Below, in pieces: positions 37,801-49,800 of a stretch of 64,000 nt of DNA. The notes beneath the pieces were generated by a model, which ran no database searches, was not told where the DNA came from, and saw nothing but the letters and a program-made list of their open reading frames with translations. Location of the stretch: assembly GCF_964355755.1 (NCBI RefSeq), contig NC_092670.1:24662795-24726794 (forward strand). Direction: 5' to 3'. A program made the position numbers and the translations under genes. This stretch comes from Antedon mediterranea. Taxonomy: Eukaryota > Animalia > Echinodermata. The number at the start of each line of letters is the position of its first letter. Position 1 is the first letter of the stretch.

Positions 37801-40800
37801 TGATAGGAAGTTATGTAAACTATGTTGTACAGAACAGTGTTCCAAAGGCAATGACCAAACAAGAAATTGAAATAGAGAGTGATCGTGATGAAACATTCAA
37901 GAAGTTGAGGAAAGCTGTTGAAAGTGGAAAGGATAAAGATTGGAAACATCCTTTGTTGGAACCATTTAAAAATGTGAAAGATGAAATAGCAGTAGTAGAT
38001 AAAATCATATTACGAAGACATCAGATAGTTTTACCAGAGACATTGAGAGGAAAAGCTGTAGAATCGGCTCATGTAGGACACCAAGGGATCGTAAAGACTA
38101 AAGCATTGATACGTGAAAAAGTGTGGTTCCCTGGAATAGATAAAATGGTAGAACGACAGGTTAGAAAATGCCTAGCATGTCAAGCGACTGTATCTACGAA
38201 TGCAGAGAAACCAGAACCATTGAAGATGACAGAATTACCAACATTACCATGGACTGAAGTGGCAGTTGATTTTAAAGGACCAATGCCAAATGGAAAATAT
38301 TTGCTTGTTGTATATGATATGTATAGCAGATTTCCAGAAGTCGAGATAGTTCAGTCGACATCAGCGAAAGCAACTATTCCGAAATTAGATGCGATATGCG
38401 CAAGACATGGCATACCTAATATAGTATTGTCAGATAATGGACCTCCATTTAACAGTCATGAGTTCGAGCAATTTGCAACATACCAAGGGTTTAAACATCG
38501 AAGAACGACTCCATTATGGCCGAGAGCAAATGGGGAAGTTGAAAGATTCAATCGGACATTAACCAAAGTTCTTCAAACTGCAAGTGTTGAGGGAAGAAAT
38601 CCGCATCAAGCGTTATATGAATTCCTCAGGCAGTATCGAGCAACCCCACATTCAACCACAGGGAAAAGTCCAGCTGAACTATTATATGGAAGAAAAATAA
38701 AAATATGTTTTCCATCACTGACTAAAGTAGACGAGAAGAATGATGTAGAAGTTGCAAACAAAGATAAAGAACAGAAGAAGAAAATGAAAGATAGCGGAGA
38801 TATGTATTTGCATACAAAAGAAAGCGATTTGAAAGTTGGAGACAAAGTGCTTGTAAAGCAACAAAAGAAGAATATGTTAACAACCCCGTTTGACCCAGAT
38901 CCGTATATTGTAAGTTGGAGAAAAGGAAATGCTATAATTGCAGATAGGAATGGTATAAAAATTAGAAGGAACATTTCTCATTTCAAGAAAATAAACATTT
39001 TTAATGATTATGAGTCAGACGTCGATGATGATGTAGTAGAAAGACCCCAAGATGTAAATGATCAACAAGAACCAAGACGACCGCAAAGGAATCGACGAAT
39101 GCCCGCAAGATATAATGATTTTGTGTTGGACCAATAAGTTTGAAAATAATAGAAACAAAGGATATGAACATTGTTGAGTTGATTCACATTTTGATGAACA
39201 TTTAAATTTGATTTTGAGCAAAGTTATTGATTTCGATTTATTGGATAAGAACATTGATTATATTTGTGACAAGAGACATTGATAAACAGTAAAAGACAAT
39301 TTGAACATTTCTGAGAATTTAATTAGTAAACAATAATATATCTTGATAATTGACACTATGCAATTGATGGAGAATTACTTATAAAAAAAATATATACACT
39401 AATATGAAGCATAACAATCAGAGTATTAATAATTAAATAAGCTAGTCAATATGATAAAAGTTAATAGTTAAAATGTTAGTTAATATTCAGTGTTGTATTT
39501 GATAGTTGTAGAACTTATCTAAAGTAAGGAGGGAATGTAATGTAGTTGCCGCCCTCTAGGTAAGGGTAAGCGTGTGCAACATGGACGATGTGAATAAAGT
39601 ATAATATAGAAGAGTGATAAACATTACAGATAGTACTATAGATTTATAAGAGGAGCTTGTTCATGGTCCTGGAAGGTTTTTTTAACTTTAATATTTTTCC
39701 TAGCTTTGAATCAAAATTATATCAACCATCTCTTATACATTGTATTAGGTACAAATGTCTTTCTTTAGTCTTTTATATAGTTAAAAACACTCTAATACTT
39801 TAAAACAGGAAGGATTAAAGATTATTAAGAGTATGAATACAGAAGCCTTGGGGCTGACTAAAGTCTAGAACTTGTTTGATCTCTCACTAAATCCGTATTG
39901 CTCTACTTACTTACCGCCAATGTAATGCAAGCAGCTTCTTTTCATCCAGTTTAATTAAGGAAACAAATTCACCCCTTGTTGACCGTTTATGAAACAATAC
40001 GCCATCTGGGTCTACTTTTCGTTTTGTAAATTGGCAACATTTTGTTTTCAAGAGCGAACTGATGCCTGGACATTCACCTATATTGGCCAGGGGTGTAAAT
40101 TTTCAGCCATTTCAGCTGTTTCAGGTGTTTTCAATAATTTGTGATAACTCTAGTAAACCATACAAATGTATTGAGAAAGTAAAGGGACGTACACCTAACT
40201 ATGCCCTGTTCCATTTTAATTCCTGGTCTCCACATGTGAAGTTAAAGAATTAACATACACATAAAGCAATTAATAGCTGCACAATCGCTGTTTTAATTTG
40301 ACCTTTAACTCATAAACTCTCTGAGTGAGGGGAGGGGGAAGCATTTGACAACTCTCTATGGATAACAATGACGCCATTACACAACCAACCACGATTAATC
40401 ATCAAACTAGTTTTATTTTGAGTAAAAATTAGTTTGTTATCCAGAAATAACGACTATACAAAGTGCCAAAATATGGTTATTTTAAACATTACATTACACC
40501 CACACATGATAGCCTACAAACAAGTGTTCTGTTTATTTTGATTGTATTAAATATGTAGCACACAAAATATTACTCTTTAGATTAGTAAATGAAAAGTGTG
40601 AAATTAATTTACTATTACTTTGGTTTCAGTGCACAAAATGTTTCCTTACTACATTATTTATAAGTTAATATTTGAGAATTTTAAAATAAACCAATCCATC
40701 ATATTGTTAATCTAATCGGTGGTAATCTTCTGCAGTTCCTCAAGCACACTGTAACAAATATGAATAAAAAATAGATTAGAAAAAACATAAACAATAATAT

Positions 40801-43800
40801 TATTTTAATATATTTTAAGAATTTCCAATCGAAAATGTTACCACAGTCCATTCAAAATAATAACATTTAAAATATCATAGTTATAGTTACTGGACCCAAA
40901 GCTCTGTCTACACTATCAATAAAAAAAAATGTGAGGTGCCCAAAATGGACATGTCATATCACACCATATTTGGACATATCACTAACACATTTGGGCACAT
41001 CACACTTGTTTTGTCAAACTAGTTTGATAGTGTAGACAGAGCTTAATTGTTCACATGAATAAAACCTAGGAACCAAAGTATATTCACTACCTCCTCTTCC
41101 TCATCCCTGCCTATTTTCTATTTTTCTATCTTTCTCACACCACTACCCCTTCTGTTTCCTTATCTTCTCTTTTTCACAGAAATTTTATAGTACCATATCG
41201 ATTAATTAATATATTGACATTAATAGGTAGTTATTTTTAAATTAGTGAAAATAGTATTGAATTCACCTTTACGATCCCATTAGTGCTTTGTAGATCTTTT
41301 AATTGAACATTGGGCCTTCACATTGACGTCAACAAACTGTCTGTCTGTTTAAAATCTTTGTATGTACATTCTACATTATAATGTTTTATTTTCTTTCAAT
41401 GTTTTGATGATACAATTTGTATTTAGTACATTTTCACTTAGCTTTCTGTATCCGTTATGGTCAGTGCCAGGCAAAATGTGCAAAACATGCCTTAACACTT
41501 GCTCATCTATCACATTTATATATTAATTAATAACTTCCCATATTAGCATTTACTGGATAAAAGATTATGTCTATTTCTCAGGCGGTTGTTTTTATAAGGC
41601 TTCTTGTTTAAAATATTCAAAACACACTTTGGATATTATTTCATCATTCAAATTCACCATATCAATTACTGTATGTTATTGGTAACTGAACTCTGTTATA
41701 TGTCATCAATACTATTGATATTACAACATAAAAGTGAATTCAAATCATGCTTACCGTACTTAACAGAAAGCAGGGACATTTCCAGGATTTCGCTAACATT
41801 TAATATTAATAGTCTTTCAATAATTGATATCAATAGTAGTTCAATAAATATCAATAATAGATTAGCTTCTTTTATTAGTATTTCATCAGATACAACTCCA
41901 CAACGTCCACAAAACAAATTCCTACTAATACTTTTTTTTGGTAAAAACTATTTTTCAGAATCTGTCCAATCGTTTCCATCTTTGCGAGAATCTTTACAAA
42001 TGTAACATGGTCAGTCTATGTATTGATCAATGGAAATTATTACAACTTCCTGTCGACTATAAAGAAATGGATATCTACAGTATATAAAGGAACCTATTGT
42101 ATCTGCTTGCAAAGACGTCATGATATTTTCTACCGATATTGTTTATTAACATTAAATAATCAAATTAATTAAAATATTTAGTTAGCAATCTCCTATAGTC
42201 ATTAAACATTTAAATAGTACACGTCACAACAGTATGGTTTAAATGTTTTCTGTTTTTGCTACTTTGACAGCTTATATATTTACACACATCTGCTTCTTAA
42301 TATCGACAGTGCAAGGCCAGCTATGATGTCATTCAGTTCCAAGTTCTGACTTTATTAGTATTACAAAGTTTTTCTTAATTAAAGTATTTTTCTCACTTTA
42401 TAATGAAGTTTGTTAGGTGATTGGTGAATCTTTTAACAGACAGTCATGAATATTGTTGTCAGTATACTTTATTCTGTATGAGAAGAAGATCTCTACTGTG
42501 CGTCTATGGTTCATTGTGCAATCAAATTTCAGTATGTGAAGAAGTTGATTGTCACCTGAACTACAGTGTAGTAGCCTTTTACAGTGACTGGCAACCATTG
42601 CTCAATATCTCATTAATATTTAATGCCTTGCTCCGTGTCGTATGTGAAGAAGTGTTTTAGTCTATATTAATACAATCAGCGTGTCGTCAATTCATAAAGC
42701 AATCCGTCTGTTGCAACTTCACATGTGCAGTGATTTCATCGGCTTCAATTCAAATTATTTATTTCAAAAGATGATTACTTTGAATTTTATCTAAATAACA
42801 TTTGACAACCGGAATTAAAAATCATTTTCATCATTTTTGGAAAAAAAATATTTTGAAAATGCTCAAAATAAAATAACAGTTTGATTCGACATGAAAGAAC
42901 GAGTGCAGGAACGTTGGTTAGTAGCACTTAAGAAAGTTATACGAAGGAATAGGGTTATTTGTAAACAACACTTTTTAGGTAAGATATGTCTGTATTTTCT
43001 TTATGACTGCACAACAATTCTGTGAAATGAATTTACATATTAAGGAAAAGACCTTTGACTTTCAATCAGAGGTATCCCCTGAGTAAAAGGCAGGTAGTGT
43101 TAACACATACTGTATATTTCCTCTTATTAGTTTAAACAGAAAGTGTCCCCTCAAGGGGTGTCCTCTTTATAGGAGTGCCTCCTTGATATGGGTGTCCCCT
43201 GTATAGGAGTGTCCCCTGTATATAGGCGTGCTCCCTGTAGGGATGAACCAAAGGATGCTATATTTGAAAGGTAGATGACTTACAGTACTTTAGAAAGTGT
43301 CTAAATATTTGGAAAATTGTTATATTATTGATATTATTATATAAAATATTATTTTCATAGAACATCAAATCTTTATTTTCTATAGCTATGGTATACTTAT
43401 TATAGTGCTGTAGTACCATTAGACAAATGTGTAGTACAGTGTACTTTTTAAATTTACTAATAAGAAATCATAATATGAACACTAGTAGAATTAATGGTAC
43501 ACAACATATACTGTAGTGTCCCCTTGAGTGTTCCCTAAATAGGTGTTGACCATATGTAAGTATATTTCTCATTCATTTCACAGGAAAGTGCTCCTTAATA
43601 GGTGGGGTTCTGGGTAATAACAGACAAAAATATTTAACAATTTGGCACATGTGCCTTAGAACATGTAACAGTTCATATAAAAAATAAATTCTAATTTTAG
43701 TAAATAATTTATTAAAATAACATTTTTGCTGATTTCTATGCCATTTAAAAATTATTTGTATGTACTGTATTAATAGGAAATAAATCAAAGATTATTTCAG

Positions 43801-46800
43801 TTGATTAAACATGAATTATGATTTATAGGCAGCAACAATCTTGGTTGAAATTAAAATATTTAATCACACAAAATCTGCATGCATTACGTTTGTCCAGGTA
43901 CTTTGTGGTTTCATATGCAGTACAATTAAACATTTGAAATCCACATTGACTATGTTTAGTTTATCAATAGAGTATTCGCATCATCTAAAATTATTATTGT
44001 TATCGATGTTTAAACCAGTCTGCTTTTGTAGTCTTATTATATTAAGTACAAGATTACACTTTTGTAATTTGAAGTTACAATAACAAGTAGAGAATTAAAT
44101 TTATTTATATTTTCGGCGTTCAAGTTATTTTGAAATGCGGTTTGGGTTTTAAATCTCAGCTATGATGATGACTTTTTTCTCTTCATTTCAGTATTTTGTT
44201 ACCGTTCAGTAATACTACAAGACCTTTTGTTTATTAATACTATTCGATGTTAGTAATTTAATACTTAGTTAAATTCATTTTTTGCAAAAACAATTCCATG
44301 TACATTTAAACCCAAGAGGTTCTTTGATTAATGTATTGTGTGTGTAAATACCTGCTTATATATCTGACTGTATTAATTATGTTAAAGTCTACATCCATAT
44401 ACTGTATGAGAAATAATAAATAAATAATAAATAGATAAATTGGCTACTCATGGAGAGAACATAAAATATTTTATAAATCATTGTCTAAATTTGGATCTTA
44501 ATATTTTGTATGTTTTTTTATCCATTGTAGTGTATAAATAAAGACTTTCTGATTTATTTGAATTTCGATCAATAAAAATGAATTGAATTTAACAAATGTA
44601 ATTCAGTGTTTATCTAGGACAACGTATAACTTGGTTTTACAATGGTTCTGTGTATGATGTACAGTTATTTCAAAACATGTTCACATTTGTACAACTATCA
44701 CTCCATGACCATATAAGCAAATTGTATGCATTTTAGTCATCTATACGCATCATAAAATAATCTTTGCAAATCACTATCATATCATATTGTTTGGTAATGT
44801 CCTAATCCACACCGTATGATCAATATAATTACTAATGTAATATCTACGCAAGTCGCCCCCAAATTCACCGTGAACCCTGTTTTTATGTGTACACCTACTC
44901 ACTTTCAATCGTTTTTCATCTCATAGATTTTTAATTTTGATATTTAATAAATAATTACTAAATATCACCATCCCTCAAAAGATTAGCTTTCGGCCGTAAA
45001 TCTCTCCTCAACCTTTGAATGTTGTTAATTTTCATACTTTTTTTTATGATTTCATTATAACACTCCACACTTAAACATTAACGATGTGTAATAAATAGTT
45101 ATTACAATCACCATTTCTTAACAGATTATTTTCCTATTTTAAATCCCTTTGCTATTGAATGTTATTTAATGTATTAATTGTCGTAGTATGTTGTCAAATA
45201 TTAATACTTGATTTGGTAAATTTGATTTACAGTTTTGTTTTCGTGAATTAAATGTATTTGAAACGAACTGTTAGAAATATCAGTAATGCTTTATCTTAAA
45301 CTTATTTCAACCTTTAATTTCTTGTAATGCAGTAAATGAAAACTTTTTCTCTTTCTTATATTACGCAAAAATAAGTTATAAAGTTTGTAAACATAAATGA
45401 AACATAATATATCAAGGGAAAGGCTAAAAAATAGTGTGAACTAATTGTTTTAAGACCAATTTCTACGGTCAAATGTTGCATTCTCTGCCACTTTCTCCAT
45501 GGCACAATCAAGTCATAGAAAGGTCATCACTAACTAGATGCTGCCCTTCCATTAGATGTGTGTATCGTCTACAGTACTTTATTGTGACAACCAGATAAAT
45601 GACAAATGTGGAAATATTATAAGAATTTATCATACAATTGGTATTGCTTTGCAGGAGCAGCATGGAGGTTGGAAGATGAGGAGAGTGGTAACCCCGCCCC
45701 TGCTCCCAGCCTAGATGACACGCCCTTCAGCAAATCTTCTTCCCAGCTTTACTATCCAAATACCACAGCAACGGTAAGTTAAATACCCTTACTAATTATA
45801 TTTGAATGAAATACAACTGTTATTTTCTATAATCACTTTCATCTGTAGTCTATTCAAAACCTTTAAGAAAAAAACACTAACCCAAAAACGTATATAAGTA
45901 ATATAAATTACACACACAAAATTAAATCAAGAAGATATAAAAAAATATCTTTTAAGAAAGGTTTGGTTTTGGTTTGGATCAATGCAACAACGTAGGTGCA
46001 ACACAAGTGAGTTGACCAATCACAGTTAGGTTGATCCATCACGCTTGTGATTTGTCGAATTACATGCGGTGTTCTTACATACTTGCGTTGCATCAAAGTT
46101 GGAACTTAAGCTTTATAGTTTTATATCATTTAAGATGGCCATAAGTTGATGTGAACTAGCCTACTGTATTTAATAGTTGGACTAAAGTTTACTAGGCCAT
46201 AACAATTAAATTATTATCTATCCATAACTTCCCATCATCACACAATAGGATCATCTGTACAAAAGGCAAAGTACTTTTCTGCTACTTTGATTTCTTTCAT
46301 TGCGGCTTTACACACAAATTTTATTTTCTTATACTACGCTTAAAAAAATGAATGAACTAAAAATGTATCTCTTTGTATTGTTGCAGTTGTTATTTCAACA
46401 CCCGTATTGTTTCATTTTTAAGAGGCGTTTTCGGTTTTCTTCGTTGGTGGGAAAATATTATTTTGGCAAAGTTTTTCTATTGTTTGATGATTGTGGGAAA
46501 GGAATGAGATTCCTGTTTATAGGAACGATCAATCTGGAATCACTAAAGAAGAAAACAATTATTTTCCTATTCTGATGTTCAGTATTTTATAATATTTTTA
46601 CATTTATTTTTAAACCTGTAAGTGGCAGGTTATTGCTTTTGTTTTTTTAAATAATAAAATCAAAATTAAGAAATTTATCAGAAACAGAAGTAAAACATTT
46701 ACAATTTAAAATATATAATATTGGTAATAATAAATTGCTTACTCCTTTTACTGCTTCACAAATTTGATTACAATCTACAATAAAATATGAATATTTCCCT

Positions 46801-49800
46801 TTGTCTCAATAGGAATGTCGCCTCACTTGAAGTGTCCCCAAAAGATATCTCCTACGAGTTGTTCCTATAATATTGGGTTTCCCCTCAATAGGAGTGTCCC
46901 CTCACTAGGAGTGTCCCCACATTAGGGATGTCTCCTCTATATAGTTGTCCCCATAATATTGGGATTCCCCAATTAAATAGGATCTTTATCAGTTTCTTGA
47001 CTTTATTTTCATTCTCTCTATAACGTTTGTTAGTTATCGGCTGTAGATACACCTTTTGCCCTGTCTTCATATTTCTAGAGCTTTTGTGTAAGTGTTTTTT
47101 CTCTTAGATTGTAAAGCTATCATCCACATTAATTTTGTTAGTTTTAAATGCCTGTTAAACAGACATCTCTAGTGCAGTGTTCTCATAAAGTAAGCTGATT
47201 AAATAAATAAAACAAGTAGCAAGCGCTTTCCTAACATATTTGGAATAACATTGTTAATGTTAACATCATTTTATTGGACATTTTACCTTTACTCGAGTGT
47301 GTTTCTCAAATCAGCTTGCAGCTGCCTTTTTTTAAGTATCTAGTAGCTCGCAATAATTTTGCCATTAAAATGCAATATATTTCTGTAAGCCTTTATCATT
47401 GCTAACTATTCTGTCAATGCTGTTTCTATGGTATCTATTCGAATTGAATAATTATGTAACCAATATTATAAATTGTGAATTAATATTTCAGTTCCTTTCT
47501 GATTGCTAAATGTGTTTCATGATTTAATATTGATTTGCAATTTATAATATATTGTAATAACAATTGAATAATAGTAAAATATTTCTGAATTTTTAAGGGA
47601 AAATCCAGAAAAAAAAATCAGTAAATGATATAATAGATAAATGATTGCATATACATTTTTTAGGACAAATAAGAATGGTTTGTTCAAATTTATGAAAAGA
47701 TGTGAATTTTAATTTAAGGAAGTACAAATATTACTAAAGTAGTTTCATAGACTTTTTTAAACCAAAGTTATGTATTATTATCTCATCAGTGGTTTTATAG
47801 TACACTTAAGGCTGGTTTCCTGTCGACGTAAGAACATCACTTTTGTTGCGACTACGTCGATTTGTCGTAAGAAATGCGGATTTTACAGGAAACCGATTAC
47901 GATCGAAAATTTACAAAATCGACGCAACGTAAGAAAAATGGTAACGACAAACGATTTTACAGGAAACCGATGACCTAACAATTGTTGCGTTACGACGTTT
48001 TCTTCCGATTTTACAGGAAACCGGGATTTTTGATCTTACGCTTGAATGAACGCCCTTGCGTCACGTTTCTTACGTCTCTTACGAAAGTTGACTTGAAGTC
48101 AACTTTCGCAAGAGACGTAAGCGCAATCGTAACAAGCAACCAATGAGCGACAAGAGTTATGACGTAATGTGTATGTCCTTATAGTGAAATAAAGCCGGAC
48201 AATAACATTTGTATGTATTTACTACTATAATTTTAGCCCACTTTACGATGTTGTACATACTTTACAAATGCACAGTAGTTTCAATATAGGCCTAATAATG
48301 TTCTAATCAGGGAGTTTACAACTCATATCAAAATCTAATACTCTTATTTATGGACGTGCAATAAACAATCAGCATCGGTAGAAACGTCACGAAAATGAAC
48401 ATTTGCAACAAGATAAGATATAGAAAGCCCCTTTGTAAGCAATATAATATTATTATGTAACTTTTAAAAAAAATTGTTTGCTTGATTTTGTATAATTTAT
48501 ATTGTTTTGTTAAATTTATTCTTATTATAGGCCTGTAAATAATGGATATCTTACTGCGGTAGTACTATCTCATGCTCGATTAGAGTATGCCTGGGCCCAT
48601 AGGCCAAGGCCTAGCCTAGGGCCTAGGTAGGTCTAATAATAATAGGAATCCCGAAATGATTTGCCTTTTTTTAATTTTGAAAACTATTTAAGGCTAGGCC
48701 TAAAGGGCCAGTATAATTCATTCATATTTTGATTCATACAATAATACATAGGCCTACTAGCCTAGGCTCCTTATAGGCTAGTTTGATTAGATTTTGGTCA
48801 AATCAATTCCTATTAGTACAGTATTAATTAAGTATTATTACTAATACTAGGGCCTAGCCTATCTACTAAAAATAATATGTTGGTGTGCTGCACTGACACT
48901 GATGCTGAGTTGCACTGACACTGATGCTGAGTAGCTACAGGTACAATAACATCATTCAACATTTCGCGCGAAAAATGATAAAACCCGCTCTAAAAAGAAA
49001 CACCAATCAGAGATGTTGTTTCAAATACGTCATAAATCTGACCGACGTAAGAAAAAAATTTCAACTTTCGTAACAACACTAAAATCGACGTAAGCATACG
49101 ACGTGTGTTTAGCTAAAATTTCAACTTTCGGGAGCAGCATAACTACAGATGTTTTTCTGCGGCCCGACACGATCTTGACTAACGTCAACGACGTCAATTT
49201 TTTCTCAACTTTCGTAAGAGACGTAAGAAACGTATGAAACGCAAGAATCGTTGCAAAATTCGACTTCTTACGTCGACAGGAAACCAGCCTTTACCTTAAA
49301 TGCATTGGTTTAGTATTTTATGTAATAATATGAGACGTACTTCCTTATTATGTATTGTCTTTTACAGTTAGTAATATGGCCTAAACTCACAATTGTTATC
49401 TACTGCTTTTGTTGTTGAATGGTTGTTTTTTAATTGTAATTTACAGTACATATTATTGAGAATACTGAGTGAATCTCAGATTCGAACCCAAAACCTCCAG
49501 ATCACTCTCATGGCGTTCATACATGAACTGTATTTAGCATAAAGTACAATTAACAACTTAACAAAGCTACCTCGCAATTATCATTCGACAAGAAACAATT
49601 ATAAATAAAAATGTACGTTTTAATCAAATTATGACACACCTTATTCCAAATGAGGATGTTATTAGCACAATAGATTATTTTAATTGATTAATAGAATAAA
49701 AATATAAAAAAGTTCTGATGCGGTTAACACACTTGTGACTATCACTTTAGAATTTTTAATAGTGAGGAAATTTGTGCTTTTTTCCCTCAATTTTAATTAA

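Larger units (their letters stand above)
34936..39628 (+). mobile_element. Full-length Ty3/Gypsy LTR retrotransposon (Mag-like), 4693 bp
   Basis: Identical 93-bp TG...CA LTRs, GATAG TSD (34931-34935, 39629-39633), PBS, PPT and an intact gag-pol ORF. Confidence 0.97.

Noticed and set aside
35743-39254. Several short ORFs overlapping gag-pol, and a possible env
   Set aside because: They are alternate-frame shadows; the about 400 bp between pol and the 3' LTR has no env-like ORF.
42891-42978. THAP-domain-like WL..L...ICxxHF motif
   Set aside because: The N-terminal CxxxC and FP parts are absent and there is an in-frame stop just upstream; better explained as an ANKFN1 first exon.
49470-49520. 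Possible tRNA gene (minus-strand GGGTTCGAATC)
   Set aside because: Only a T-loop/B-box remnant with no full cloverleaf; likely SINE debris.
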